Origin: Methanobacteriota archaeon
Lineage (GTDB): Archaea > Thermoplasmatota > Poseidoniia > Poseidoniales > Thalassarchaeaceae
NCBI GenBank assembly: GCA_011523055.1
Contig: WTHQ01000039.1
Span: 12,263-76,262 of the forward strand
Direction of reading: 5' to 3'
Length of the DNA stretch: 64,000 bases
The translations under genes and the position numbers were made by a program. The notes under the pieces are model-generated. The model saw nothing but the letters and a program-made list of their open reading frames with translations, made no database searches and was not told the origin of the DNA. This document shows positions 1 to 10,930 of the stretch, one piece after another; position 1 is the first letter of the stretch; every line of letters starts with the position of its first letter.

Positions 1-330
1 CGTTCCATCGAAGATCTCCTGATTTGCATCGACTAACGTCAGTATCGGGTCTTGAGCACAGATACCCTCGGCGCCATTGACCCCGATCTCAAAAGTCATG
101 TTTTCGATTGATGCACCAGGGGGATGTTCTACCAATGTAGTGGGCAGTCCAGTTGATTGGGAAGCAACGGTAAGCCAACCAGTGTCAACGCTACCTGAAG
201 TACCCCAGTTCAAGCTACTAGATTCCATTCTACGGGGCTCGTCGAATAGATCGGATGTTGTCGACCAAGGCATTGAGAACATCAGAAAAACGATGATTAT
301 CGATCGCAATGAGGCTCTCCCCCTCCTCAC
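1..330 (-). CDS. Secreted/surface protein, N-terminal part only (runs off window)
   Basis: Translated by hand, not in ORF track: GTG at 330, MRRGRASLRSIIIVFLMFSMPWS... is a basic-then-hydrophobic signal peptide; frame open to position 1. Confidence 0.6.
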   Translation of the reverse strand, partial: MRRGRASLRSIIIVFLMFSMPWSTTSDLFDEPRRMESSSLNWGTSGSVDTGWLTVASQSTGLPTTLVEHPPGASIENMTFEIGVNGAEGICAQDPILTLVDANQEIFDGT

Positions 331-501
331 AGCGTAGACCTGGTCCCTACCCATTGAGGCGGGTTCGATCTAGATTCCATTATTAAGAAGATGTGTTGAT
401 GTTCGTGAAGCGTCGTAGGACTGTAATCCGCTGTAAAACCGAATGTAGGATAGGATAGCATCATAGCGATGAAGGCGTCAGGTTTCAGTCGGTGGGCTGG
501 G

Positions 502-2784
502 ATGACAGACGATCAGTTGCGGAAAGAGGCCTTGGATTACCATGAGTTGCCTTCCCCTGGGAAGATGGCCACGAAACCGACTAAACCACACTCTACTGCA
601 CATGAGTTGGCGTTGGCATACTCCCCTGGAGTGGCATATCCGTGTCTGGAAATAGAGAAAGATCGGAATCTTGCCTTTTCATATACGTCGAAAGGAAATC
701 TGGTTGGGGTTGTAAGTAACGGGACCGCTGTTTTAGGCCTTGGGAACATTGGCCCCCTCGCTGGCAAGCCTGTAATGGAGGGCAAGGCGCTGTTGTTCAA
801 ATCATTCGCGGATATTGATGTGTTCGACATTGAGGTGGATAGGACTGGAGTGGAAGGTTTTGTCGAGGCAGTCAAGGCTATTTCTCCCACTTTCGGCGGA
901 ATTAATCTCGAAGACATAAAGTCGCCCGAATGCTTTGAGATTGAAAAAAGACTGAAAGAAGAACTGGACATTCCCGTGATGCATGACGATCAGCATGGAA
1001 CGGCAATAATAAGCGGTGCTGCACTGATCAATGGGTTAGAAGTTGTTGACAAGAAAATAGGCGACGTGACCGTGGTGATTTCTGGTGCAGGGGCTTCAGC
1101 CATATCTTGTGCGAGGCATTACGTCAGGCTTGGTGTTGATAGAAGTCGAATACTCATGTGTGACTCCAAGGGTCTCCTGACCAAGAAAAGGGGGGATGAT
1201 GGGGAGTTGAATGAGTATAAGATGGAGTTCGCACGGGACTTGCCTGAAAGTTCACTTGGAGAATTATTGGAAGGTGCTGATGTATTCCTCGGATTGTCGA
1301 AGGGCGGTCTGGTAGATGGAGACATGGTTGCTACAATGGCAAACAAACCTTTGATCTTCGCTTTGGCAAATCCAGATCCTGAGATTCTCCCTGAGGAGGT
1401 TCGAGCCGTTAGGGACGATGCTGTGATAGCGACGGGAAGAAGCGATTATCCAAATCAGATCAACAACGTCCTCGGTTTCCCCTACATCTTCAGGGGAGCA
1501 TTGGACGTAAGGGCTACAAGCATCACTGAAAATATGAAGATGGCCGCCACGATGGCCCTATCGGAACTTGCTAAGGAGACCGTTCCTGATGATGTTGTTG
1601 AGGCTTACGACGGTGCCAGGATTCAATACGGCCCGGATTACCTAATCCCAAAACCATTCGATGCAAGAGTCCTGATTTGGGAGGCCTCGGCGGTTGCAGA
1701 GGCTGCGGTGAATGATGGGGTCGCACGGATTGAAAGTGGATCATTTGATGTCAAAAAATATAGAGAAGAGCTGGAGAATAGGTTGGGACTTACCAGATCA
1801 GTAATGAGGTCAGTAATCAACAGAGCTATCTCTAACCCACAGAGAATTGTTTTTTCAGAGGGAGAGGACGAGACAATAATCAAAGCGGCAGCTCAATGTG
1901 CCCGAGAGGGCATTTGCAAGCCCATCCTGCTTGGACAAGTGAGGAGGATCAAAGCTGCAATCAGTGATCTAGCCCTAGATTTTGATTGTGAGATAATTGA
2001 CCCGAGGTATGATGCAAGAAGGAGGGGCGAATATGCTGAAGAGTTGCACGAGATAAGGGGAAGAAGGGGAATAAGTAAGTCAGATGCTGTCGAGTTGCTC
2101 AAGCAATCGACATGGTTCGCCCCAATGATGGTCCGAAAGGGAGGCGCAGATGGTTACCTAGGCGGAGTGAGTCACAATTATCCAGACATCGTCAAGCCCT
2201 GCTTGAAGATAATCGGAACGTCAGAAGACGCCCATCGAGTCGTTGGATCGTACATGATGACGGTTGGGGGGCAGGTGATGTTCATTGCTGATGCTACGAT
2301 CAACATCAATCCCGATGCTCGAACACTTGCGGAGATCGCAGTTAGGACGGCCAGAGTGGCTAAAAGATTTGGAGTTAAACCCAAGGTTGCAATGCTTTCA
2401 TTTTCCAACTTTGGCTCCAGTGGGGAGCTAAGGACGACGAGGATTGAGGACTCCATAAAAATGGCAAGAGAAATAGACCCTGAAATCATCATTGACGGTC
2501 CGATGCAAGCAGACACCGCTTTGGTTCCAGAGCAACAGAAAGACTATCCATTCATGACCTTCGAAGGGCCCGCAAACGTTCTGATTTGTCCTAGTTTGGC
2601 ATCTGCAAACATAGCATACAAATTACTCCAGAGGTTAGCAGGAGCGGAAATGACGGGACCCATACTCGATGGATTAGCTCGTCCAGCTCATGTACTCCAA
2701 CGCGGTGACAGTGTCAGGGAAGTGGTCCACATGGCTGCGATATGCTCAGTCGATGCACAGAGAATGGCCACTCAGAGGCTCTGA
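502..2784 (+). CDS. maeB: NADP-dependent malic enzyme with C-terminal phosphotransacetylase-like domain
   Basis: [51 protein letters not shown]; PTA-like C half ([15 protein letters not shown]); start taken at MTDDQ. Confidence 0.95.
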   Translation: MTDDQLRKEALDYHELPSPGKMATKPTKPHSTAHELALAYSPGVAYPCLEIEKDRNLAFSYTSKGNLVGVVSNGTAVLGLGNIGPLAGKPVMEGKALLFKSFADIDVFDIEVDRTGVEGFVEAVKAISPTFGGINLEDIKSPECFEIEKRLKEELDIPVMHDDQHGTAIISGAALINGLEVVDKKIGDVTVVISGAGASAISCARHYVRLGVDRSRILMCDSKGLLTKKRGDDGELNEYKMEFARDLPESSLGELLEGADVFLGLSKGGLVDGDMVATMANKPLIFALANPDPEILPEEVRAVRDDAVIATGRSDYPNQINNVLGFPYIFRGALDVRATSITENMKMAATMALSELAKETVPDDVVEAYDGARIQYGPDYLIPKPFDARVLIWEASAVAEAAVNDGVARIESGSFDVKKYREELENRLGLTRSVMRSVINRAISNPQRIVFSEGEDETIIKAAAQCAREGICKPILLGQVRRIKAAISDLALDFDCEIIDPRYDARRRGEYAEELHEIRGRRGISKSDAVELLKQSTWFAPMMVRKGGADGYLGGVSHNYPDIVKPCLKIIGTSEDAHRVVGSYMMTVGGQVMFIADATININPDARTLAEIAVRTARVAKRFGVKPKVAMLSFSNFGSSGELRTTRIEDSIKMAREIDPEIIIDGPMQADTALVPEQQKDYPFMTFEGPANVLICPSLASANIAYKLLQRLAGAEMTGPILDGLARPAHVLQRGDSVREVVHMAAICSVDAQRMATQRL

Positions 2785-4400
2785 GTTTCGTGAATCATTG
2801 GTGCAGCTGCGATTACTTCGTCACTGCAGCCTTCGATGAAACTCTCGAAGTTCTCATTGAACATCTGGACGAGCAGGTTGGCCACATTGTCGTATCGATT
2901 TACGTCAGACCATGTAGACCGAGGTTGGAGTATTTCTGATGGCACTCCATCGCAGGTCACAGGAATTTTGAATCCGAATCTTTCGTCTGTTACGTACACG
3001 ACGTCATCTAAGGACCCTGAAAGGGCGGCGTTCAACAATGCACGTGTCCAGCTTATCCTGATTCGACTGCTCTCTCCATAGCCTCCGGCGATCCATCCAG
3101 TGTTGATCAACCAGCATGATGCGTTGTGATCTGCAATCTTCTTGCTGAGGAGATTAGCGTATTCACTCGGGTGACGTGGCATGAACGGAGCTCCGAAACA
3201 GGCGGAGAAGGTTGCCATCGGCTCGGTCACCCCAACCTCTGTCCCTGCCACCTTAGCAGTGTAGCCAGAGATGAAGTGATAAGCTGCCTGAGCGGGGGAC
3301 AATCTCGAGATCGGGGGCAGGACCCCAAAGGCATCACAGGTTAGGAATACCACATTGTCTGGATGTCCAGCCGTTGAGTCATCTGTTCGATTCTCAATCG
3401 ATTCGATGGGGTAAGAGGCCCTTGTATTCTGAGTGAGGGTTGAGTCATGGAAGTTGGGTATCCCATCTGCATCAAGAATTACATTCTCAAGAATCGTTGA
3501 TTCCATCTTAGTCGTTGCATAGATCGCTGGCTCATCTTCCTCAGAAAGTCCAATCATCTTCGCATAACAACCCCCCTCGAAATTGAATATGCCTTGGTCT
3601 GACCAACCATGCTCATCATCACCGACCAATGCCCTTCCTGGATCCGCGGAGAGTGTGGTCTTCCCTGTTCCTGAAAGACCGAAAAACAGGGCAGACGATT
3701 TGTCCGTTGTATTGGCGGAGCAATGCATCGGAAGAAGTCCGCGTGCAGGTAGGATGTGATTCATAATGGTAAAAATCGACTTCTTTATTTCCCCTGCATA
3801 CCGAGTTCCACCTATCAGAACTAGCCCCTTCGAAAGGGAGATAACGACGAAGGCTTCTGAGTTGACACCATATTCCTTCGGGTCAACCGTGAGGGATGGT
3901 GCGTGCAGTATTGTGAATTCAGGGATGTGCCCAAACAAAGAATCTCTGTCGGATCGAACAAACATATTGTGCATGAATGCTGAATGCCAGGCACTCTCAC
4001 TGACCAGTCTGACGGGCATAGAGTGAGACTTGTCAGCACCACAGTGCATGTCCTTGACAAATAGCGTGGCAGAGGAATTCAGATGGCCCTGGATTGTTTG
4101 GAGTAAATCTTCGAAGACTGCTTCGGAGATTGGACGGTTGACTTCGCTCCAGTGGACTTCCGAGGCAAGTCCGGGCTCGTCAACTATAAATCGATCATTT
4201 GGTGACCTCCCAGTACGGTTGCCAGTGGTGGCAAGCAGTGCTCCATGGGCCGTTCTTGTTGCCTCTCCTCGTTGAACCGCAAGTTCCCTGAGCTCCTCTC
4301 CTGTCAGGTTCCAGTATACTGATCCACTGGGATCGAGTCCGTGAGTCCCCAGAGGTGTCTTGTAAACAGTTGCAGCGTTGGACGGGGTCTGTTCGACCAT
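2772..4400 (-). CDS. pckA: Phosphoenolpyruvate carboxykinase (ATP)
   Basis: TGRSPNDRF, YAGEIKKSIF, MHCSAN, GLSGTGKTTLS, GDDEHGW, FNFEGGCYAK. Confidence 0.97.
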   Translation of the reverse strand: MVEQTPSNAATVYKTPLGTHGLDPSGSVYWNLTGEELRELAVQRGEATRTAHGALLATTGNRTGRSPNDRFIVDEPGLASEVHWSEVNRPISEAVFEDLLQTIQGHLNSSATLFVKDMHCGADKSHSMPVRLVSESAWHSAFMHNMFVRSDRDSLFGHIPEFTILHAPSLTVDPKEYGVNSEAFVVISLSKGLVLIGGTRYAGEIKKSIFTIMNHILPARGLLPMHCSANTTDKSSALFFGLSGTGKTTLSADPGRALVGDDEHGWSDQGIFNFEGGCYAKMIGLSEEDEPAIYATTKMESTILENVILDADGIPNFHDSTLTQNTRASYPIESIENRTDDSTAGHPDNVVFLTCDAFGVLPPISRLSPAQAAYHFISGYTAKVAGTEVGVTEPMATFSACFGAPFMPRHPSEYANLLSKKIADHNASCWLINTGWIAGGYGESSRIRISWTRALLNAALSGSLDDVVYVTDERFGFKIPVTCDGVPSEILQPRSTWSDVNRYDNVANLLVQMFNENFESFIEGCSDEVIAAAPMIHETQSL

Positions 4401-4499
4401 GCACTAACGAAATGAAACCGGAATATGAAAGATTGTGATGGCCTCACCATAACCGTCATTTGCGAACCTTTCATCTTCTTGTCCAATCAGGAGGGGATA

Positions 4500-7400
4500 A
4501 TGACGGAGGACGAGGATGCTATCCTTCGAAGAAAAAAATTTGACTCCGAAGGCTTGCTGGAACTTCGAAGCGAAGTTGGTTATCAAGCGGTTAAGGATGG
4601 TGACGGGGGAATAAAGGCGGGATACGACGAGGCTGTTGGCTCGTTACCAGAAATCTTCGTAGAAGATGGCGGAGATGGCGATCCCAAATCCATGAGGCTA
4701 GTTGAAGATTCTGAGCGAAGGGTAAACTGGATTCTTCTCTCGGTTATGGTCATAGCCTACAGCGTGCTCAGTCTCCTGGTTGGAATTGAGTTTGAGGCTG
4801 AGATTGCAATACCCACACTCCTGGTACTTTCCATTGTCGGGCTGATCCTGGGGGAGAGGTGGATAAAGAATGGTGATCTGCACCTCCTGGGCATCGCATG
4901 GGTCATTATTTCCATGAAGGTGCTTTACGGGGCATCGCTTGAGTTGGGCAACTGGCATCTTGGGGGTTTGCTCCCCTTGGACGCCGAGGGGGTCGGAATA
5001 GTCCTATGTGGGTTGGTTCTGTTCAATGTAATCCTATCCTACAGGTACGATAGTGATGCGGTCGCCGCTCAGGCCACACTTGTCCTACTCGCAGTGGGCT
5101 CAACCGCAGGGTCTGTTGCGGGGGAAGACGGAGTCATCATCATGCTCTTGATTTCGATATTCCTTCTTCACGCCATTGCGATTCACAAATCCTCTGGTAA
5201 CCTAGCATCTCTGGGGATCGCGTCTTCCAACATTTGGTTTGGAATGCACGTGGTAACGGGGGGCTTTGAGTTGGGGTCATTGAACGTCGTGGCCTTGCAG
5301 AATCCCCTCAAGTTGTTCATCGCTATTGCCATGGTAAACGTTGCGAATGCATACGTTGCGACAAGATTCGCTACATCGAAAAATTGGTTCTCAGACGGAC
5401 TAGAGGCGTTGGGGATAGGGAAACCGGGGCTTTGGGGAGTTTCCGTAATCCTGTCTATGTTGGGGGCTTTATTGGTTATTGGATCGGTTCGAGAAGAGAT
5501 CTCGTTCGCTTTCTCAATCATTGTCTTGCTAGCAGTATGTTATTTCTCGTCATACTTGGTTGTACGGAAATCTCCGAGAACAGAGGTATTCACGATCGCA
5601 GGAACGGCCATTACTCTGCTTTTGTTCGGAGTCATTCTGATTGAAACAGAAATTATTCAGGTCACACTGGATCCTTACTGGATATTTTCTGCCGGTGGTG
5701 CTATGTCACTGGGTTTGTTACTGATAAGGCACCAAGGCATAGTCAGCGACACAGTCCTTTGGACGGGCTCCATTGGGGCCACGTGTTTGATTCTGGTAAT
5801 GACCCCATTGGAGGGATCTAACAGCGATAGGGCCCTGCTCTTGATATTCGCTCTCTCATTTCTGCATCTCCTAGGTGGATACTTCTCGATCAAGAGGAGA
5901 TCTGCCTCGCTGGCTGGTGTGGCAGTTCTGACCCCATGGCTCTGGCCATTAGTGTTGATTATATTCAATGAGGTGCTTATGACTCTCTCAGCACGGGGTG
6001 GGAGTACAGGTATCACCCGCTTCGATTCGATCGGATTGGATTTGGAAGGATTCATGATTTATCTTGTCCTAAATTCGATCTTTGGAGCTTGGATGTGCTC
6101 GTCTTTCGGTCAAGCATCACTGAACATTTCCTCGGGGTTAGTCGGATCATCAGAGATGTCCTCCGCACTCAAGCAGGCTGAGGCATTCAATCTCTGGAAT
6201 CTTGCGTTGTGGATTCCATTGTTGGCCACAATTGTTCTAACGCTCGATGGGCAACTAAGCGGAGTGGATGGGGCGTTTGTATTTGGTAGCGTCTCTTTGG
6301 TACATTCGTCTTCCTCAGTAATTGGAATACGCAAGACTTCCACAACCTCGGTCCCAATATTGATTGGAGTAGGGGGGGTTCTCCTTCAGTGGGTCGGGGG
6401 AGATTCTTCGATCATTGTAATCTTGATCGGGGCCTCAGTATTCCTCCCGGTCTCGATTGGCAGTTGGAATCCGAAAGAGGATTGGATCAGCGTGGCTATA
6501 CAAACCGGGCCGGTCTTGATGCTACTCCCCAGAGCAGGAGGTGGTCTGAGCACCTCGGTACCATGGCTCCCCGATCCAGCACAGTGTGTGATTGCCATCG
6601 CCACAATCTCAGTAATTGTGGGGGCGATCAGAACGAAATTGCAGCAGAATATCCTCCCCCTGTCGACGGCCTCGATCTCACACTCGACTATTGTTTGCAT
6701 GCTATCCATTGTTGATGGCAGAAGCGAGATCTTCTGGATCTCGATACTACTCTTCGCCTTCAATTCTATTTGGTTCGTGACTAGAGGTGAGATACTCAGA
6801 GAGCTACGATCGTCCGCTGAAAAATCCAAACGAAGGCAAGAAGTGAATGATCTAGAGGTTAGGGGGGTCCAGCAAGGGGTCCACATGCCGGCTGTCGAGA
6901 GACACAAAGCCTCGAGTGATTCAACGAGCATCGGAGAGGCATATGTGGAAGAAGTTAGACATTATCCTGTGCTTGCGATCGTTGTCATTATCATAACGTC
7001 AGCTGCGCTGAGCCTGTACTCACTGATTCGTGGACCGGAGCCACTCTTAGTCATGGCAATCGGTGTGTTTCTGGCAACCATCATTACTCTGGAGGCTGAT
7101 AGATCCCGTCGAATTGAGGTACGAATTGCTAGCACACTCGGCTCCGAGATAACTCATTCGTTTGCAGTCGTTGGAGTGTGTTGTGCAGTTGTATTGGGCC
7201 ACATGAGCCCTTCATCGTCAGTAACTGATCTCACAGACTTTGGGATGGCTATTGCCGTTGTGCTCGTCCTTGGTGCCGCCAGGCTTGCTAGTGGCGAGAG
7301 GGGGTTTGATTCCAGGAGGTCCCTGGTTAACTGGGTAGTTTTCCCACTGCTCGCCACAAGATTGGCTGGATTTGTCGTGATTGGGTCTCTACCGGCTCCG

Positions 7401-8111
7401 CTGAGTGTCGATCCTTTTGACGGCTCACTTGTTACGTGGACTTTTCCGTTCGTTTTGCTGGAGGTAGTCTTACTTCTATCGATTGTCATGGATGTGGTAC
7501 TGGATCGCAAGGCTTCGAGAACCGGGGCAAGTGAGGTTGGTTTCGCTTGTGCTGTGGTCCTCCTGTCATGGGGGCCGGCTGGCATAATCGCGGTGATCAG
7601 GGGCATAGTAAGCTCAGTGCGTGGTGGACGGGGGAGTGAAGCTGGTGTTATCGCATTGTTTCTCCCAATCTCACTCATCTCTCTGGAGTCGGTACTCCCC
7701 GTGGCGGGCCCTCTCTCGGAAACGGCCATCTTGGTTGAACTAGCATTGTTCACTTTGATCCTGTTCATGGGGGTTCTAATCGACCTAGATAGTTGGAGTG
7801 TCTCCTCGGTCCAGAACGCCCACATACTAGTCGGCGTCTCCTCATTCTACATCCTCTCTGTGGAGGTTGGAGTGATTGTTCTAATCTGCATATCCACACT
7901 AGCGTGGTCACAGGGGATCACTAGGTTGAGGAGAGGTCTTCGCATCACTGGTTTGATTGATTTCTCGCTTGCAGCTGTAATTGGGATAATGATCTGGCTG
8001 TCCACGATGAGCAGTTCCTGGCTACTCGCACTCACTACCTTCCTTTCGGCGGAACTGGCTGTGGTCCTATGGCTAAGTCAGAGAAGTATGAAACAAATAG
8101 AAATCGATTGA
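4500..8111 (+). CDS. Very large polytopic membrane protein of unknown function (about 1200 aa)
   Basis: GGAGG before ATG 4500; acidic N-terminus followed by roughly 30+ hydrophobic segments (estimated by eye). Confidence 0.85.
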   Translation: MTEDEDAILRRKKFDSEGLLELRSEVGYQAVKDGDGGIKAGYDEAVGSLPEIFVEDGGDGDPKSMRLVEDSERRVNWILLSVMVIAYSVLSLLVGIEFEAEIAIPTLLVLSIVGLILGERWIKNGDLHLLGIAWVIISMKVLYGASLELGNWHLGGLLPLDAEGVGIVLCGLVLFNVILSYRYDSDAVAAQATLVLLAVGSTAGSVAGEDGVIIMLLISIFLLHAIAIHKSSGNLASLGIASSNIWFGMHVVTGGFELGSLNVVALQNPLKLFIAIAMVNVANAYVATRFATSKNWFSDGLEALGIGKPGLWGVSVILSMLGALLVIGSVREEISFAFSIIVLLAVCYFSSYLVVRKSPRTEVFTIAGTAITLLLFGVILIETEIIQVTLDPYWIFSAGGAMSLGLLLIRHQGIVSDTVLWTGSIGATCLILVMTPLEGSNSDRALLLIFALSFLHLLGGYFSIKRRSASLAGVAVLTPWLWPLVLIIFNEVLMTLSARGGSTGITRFDSIGLDLEGFMIYLVLNSIFGAWMCSSFGQASLNISSGLVGSSEMSSALKQAEAFNLWNLALWIPLLATIVLTLDGQLSGVDGAFVFGSVSLVHSSSSVIGIRKTSTTSVPILIGVGGVLLQWVGGDSSIIVILIGASVFLPVSIGSWNPKEDWISVAIQTGPVLMLLPRAGGGLSTSVPWLPDPAQCVIAIATISVIVGAIRTKLQQNILPLSTASISHSTIVCMLSIVDGRSEIFWISILLFAFNSIWFVTRGEILRELRSSAEKSKRRQEVNDLEVRGVQQGVHMPAVERHKASSDSTSIGEAYVEEVRHYPVLAIVVIIITSAALSLYSLIRGPEPLLVMAIGVFLATIITLEADRSRRIEVRIASTLGSEITHSFAVVGVCCAVVLGHMSPSSSVTDLTDFGMAIAVVLVLGAARLASGERGFDSRRSLVNWVVFPLLATRLAGFVVIGSLPAPLSVDPFDGSLVTWTFPFVLLEVVLLLSIVMDVVLDRKASRTGASEVGFACAVVLLSWGPAGIIAVIRGIVSSVRGGRGSEAGVIALFLPISLISLESVLPVAGPLSETAILVELALFTLILFMGVLIDLDSWSVSSVQNAHILVGVSSFYILSVEVGVIVLICISTLAWSQGITRLRRGLRITGLIDFSLAAVIGIMIWLSTMSSSWLLALTTFLSAELAVVLWLSQRSMKQIEID

Positions 8112-8164
8112 ACGGGGGGTCACGTCGGGCGAATGTTGATTGCAGCGGTTGCTCACAAGGTACT

Positions 8165-9124
8165 GTGGCAGGACCTTGGATCTCGGACACGGCCGAGGAA
8201 ATCGAGCATCCAACAGTCCCACTTGGTATCAACAGAATGGCAATTCCAAGGGCTGCGATTTTTCTCTCCCTTTCGATGGTGGCGCTGATATTCCTCTCCA
8301 CTGTGATAGTCGGGTACAGTGCTTGGAAATTTTTAGAGATGAATCAAGACGCATTCGATGCCACCGATAAATCATTGATTCGGGACCCGGAAACAGATAG
8401 GTGGTATTGGGAGGCAACTCTCCTTTACGACACCTGCAACCCAAGGCTCGATGATTGGAATTGGCCTGATTCCCTCTCTGATCAGGATGATCTTTTCCTA
8501 TTGCCGGGAGAAGTCCGTTGTGACTGGGAGCACCAAGGGGAAGGAGACAGGGCCTCATTGGCGATCCACAACCGCGGGAACCAATCCCTCGATCTGGTCC
8601 TCGAGATCATAGGGGGGTCGATTGTATTTGGAGAGAGCGGAGAGGCTGATCTATCAATCATTGATTTGCAGGGGAATGACTCAATCGTGTTGGAGCTCCA
8701 ACTCCTTGAGGATGTAACTGAGCACGATGTTCAGATCATTGTCTCGCATTTACAGGTGATGGATGCCCGGGTTTTTCTTGACCTCAACGTGTTTGCTGGG
8801 GCAGAGCCGAGGGACATCCATGTTGGTGACGGTGACCAAGTTGAGGTGCAATACACAGTTTGGGATGCAGACACAGATGAGCAACTGGATGATGGCAATC
8901 TTGTAGTTACCGCAGGAGAGGACCCGGCGTGGATCGAAGGATTCGGTTGGTCGGCAATCGGACTGGATATAGACAGCGACAGGGGTTTGATACCGGGGAT
9001 AAACTCCGGAACTTCCCACATAACCTTGCTTCCACCGTCGCTGGCATATGGTGAGAGTGATGGGGAGCTGAGGGACCGATGGCTCCGATTTGAGCTGGAA
9101 GTCAATCGCGGGCCCTTAACTTGA
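8165..9124 (+). CDS. Membrane-anchored protein with C-terminal FKBP-type PPIase-like domain
   Basis: One N-terminal TM segment; GDQVEVQYT...WIEGF...IG...LPPSLAYGE...LRFELEV resembles FKBP fold; start uncertain (GTG 8165 or ATG 8237). Confidence 0.6.
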   Translation: MAGPWISDTAEEIEHPTVPLGINRMAIPRAAIFLSLSMVALIFLSTVIVGYSAWKFLEMNQDAFDATDKSLIRDPETDRWYWEATLLYDTCNPRLDDWNWPDSLSDQDDLFLLPGEVRCDWEHQGEGDRASLAIHNRGNQSLDLVLEIIGGSIVFGESGEADLSIIDLQGNDSIVLELQLLEDVTEHDVQIIVSHLQVMDARVFLDLNVFAGAEPRDIHVGDGDQVEVQYTVWDADTDEQLDDGNLVVTAGEDPAWIEGFGWSAIGLDIDSDRGLIPGINSGTSHITLLPPSLAYGESDGELRDRWLRFELEVNRGPLT

Positions 9125-9139
9125 TGAGGGGTTTCGCGG

Positions 9140-10363
9140 ATGTCCACAGAAAGAGGCCACAGTCTGGTGGAAATCTCTGAACTAGGGCTGGACCCTGGCG
9201 TTCCAAAGCAGGAATTGCGAAGGCTGATCACCCCCAAATCAGTATGCGAATACCGGGCCTTGCTCGCATCCAAGGCAAGTTTGCCAGAGGGGCTCATTTT
9301 GGATCCAGCTGCTGGTTCGGGCGGACAGCTCCTCGCCTATGGCAAATACATCAGCAAGCACTGTGTAGGGGTAGAATTGTCGCCTGAGCGCGCAAAGTAT
9401 TGCGGTTATGTTCTATCTCGAGCTAATTCAACGGGATCGTTCATGACGATATGTGGGGACGGGATTGATGCACATGGTGTAATGGCAGCCGTGAAAACCC
9501 AGATTGGAGTCTCTTCTGTCAGCATGTTGCATGTTGATCCCGCTCGTCCGATGGATACCCAGAAACACTCGGTGTCTGAGATGCAACCACCACTGGCTAA
9601 GTTGCTAGAATCATGGTCAGAATACATCTCTTCGGGGGAACAAGGGCCTGCTATGGCATTGGATCTCTCCCCAAGGCTGGCCGGACAACAAATGTCCGAG
9701 ATAGAACACATAGTCACGACCATATTCCCTGGGACAGCCATGACATGGGAATGGCTCAGTAGGGGCGGGGGTCGAGTTGACAGGTTGTGTCTTCACACCG
9801 GGCCCCTTGCACACACTCCTTCAGTGTCGAAATCTGTCCGTCTTTACAACGACGGTAGTTTTTCAGTATTGCACGCCAGAGAGGAGGAGCTTGACTCGGA
9901 AGACTCAGGTTGGCCGAATTATGAGGTCATGGAGGGGGACACGGTGGCCTTGGTCGACCCGGTCGTAACCAAATCTCGGTTGAGGGGCGTTTTCGAAGAT
10001 CGCTTGGGGTACAATCGTGGAGAACTGATCTGGGCGAAGAAATCTGATAGGCGCCCATTGGTTGTTCTCCGAGAGGAGATCCGACCAGGATCAGAAGCCA
10101 GACCATTCGTTATGGCCCAAGGTAAGGCAGTAGGAAGATTGGAATCGGATCTGAGCATGATGTCAATCGACTCGTTGGCAGCGTTGGCGATGGAGAATGG
10201 GATAAGTAACATTCAGATTCGATGTTCCTGCGAGCCTCGGCTCCACAAGAGAATTACAAACAGACTGAGTAAAATAATGGGCAGTGTAGATGGGATGTCG
10301 GGCTTTTTGATCGAGGATGGAGGGACAAAAGACCTCATGCTGTGCAGAGATGTGGAAAAATAG
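9140..10363 (+). CDS. Class I SAM-dependent methyltransferase with probable C-terminal THUMP-like domain
   Basis: ILDPAAGSGG motif I, VGVELSPER, CGDG, HVDPAR motif IV. Confidence 0.7.
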   Translation: MSTERGHSLVEISELGLDPGVPKQELRRLITPKSVCEYRALLASKASLPEGLILDPAAGSGGQLLAYGKYISKHCVGVELSPERAKYCGYVLSRANSTGSFMTICGDGIDAHGVMAAVKTQIGVSSVSMLHVDPARPMDTQKHSVSEMQPPLAKLLESWSEYISSGEQGPAMALDLSPRLAGQQMSEIEHIVTTIFPGTAMTWEWLSRGGGRVDRLCLHTGPLAHTPSVSKSVRLYNDGSFSVLHAREEELDSEDSGWPNYEVMEGDTVALVDPVVTKSRLRGVFEDRLGYNRGELIWAKKSDRRPLVVLREEIRPGSEARPFVMAQGKAVGRLESDLSMMSIDSLAALAMENGISNIQIRCSCEPRLHKRITNRLSKIMGSVDGMSGFLIEDGGTKDLMLCRDVEK

Positions 10364-10451
10364 TCGTCCGGTCCTTTCATAAATGGTATGTAGGTCGCAG
10401 GACCGCTCGAGAGGGCCACTGGGATACCAGTGAACACGGGGGAACCGATAA

Positions 10452-10919
10452 ATGGCAAAAATAGACGAAAGCCAACTTGGAGATGATTTCTCCTACATAA
10501 TCAGAATAGCAGACAGCGATATCGACGGCCTAAAGCAGGTAAAACAAGGGCTTACTTCGATAAGGGGTATTGGGGAACGCAGTGCGGAACAGATCTGTAA
10601 AATTGCTGGAGTTGACCCGGGAATGCTCTCAGGGCATCTCAGCGACGATGACCAGAACAAACTCAGATCTGCCATAGACGAGTTTGCAACCAAGGTCCCA
10701 TGGTGGATGGTTAATCGCCAAAGAGACCTGATGACCAACGAGGATGCCCACCTCGTATCAATGGACATAAGGCTAACCAAGGATGAGGATGTCGCTAGGC
10801 TAGCCGCAACAAAGAGCTATCGAGGAATCAGGCACAGATCAGGTCACAAGCTCAGAGGCCAGCGACTCAGATCAAATGGGAGGCGGGGTGCTACACTCGG
10901 CGTCGAGAGGAAGAAGTGA
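10452..10919 (+). CDS. rps13: 30S ribosomal protein uS13
   Basis: IIRIADSDIDG, LTSIRGIG, SYRGIRH, RGQRLRSNGR. Confidence 0.97.
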   Translation: MAKIDESQLGDDFSYIIRIADSDIDGLKQVKQGLTSIRGIGERSAEQICKIAGVDPGMLSGHLSDDDQNKLRSAIDEFATKVPWWMVNRQRDLMTNEDAHLVSMDIRLTKDEDVARLAATKSYRGIRHRSGHKLRGQRLRSNGRRGATLGVERKK

Positions 10920-10930
10920 GGTGATCAAGT

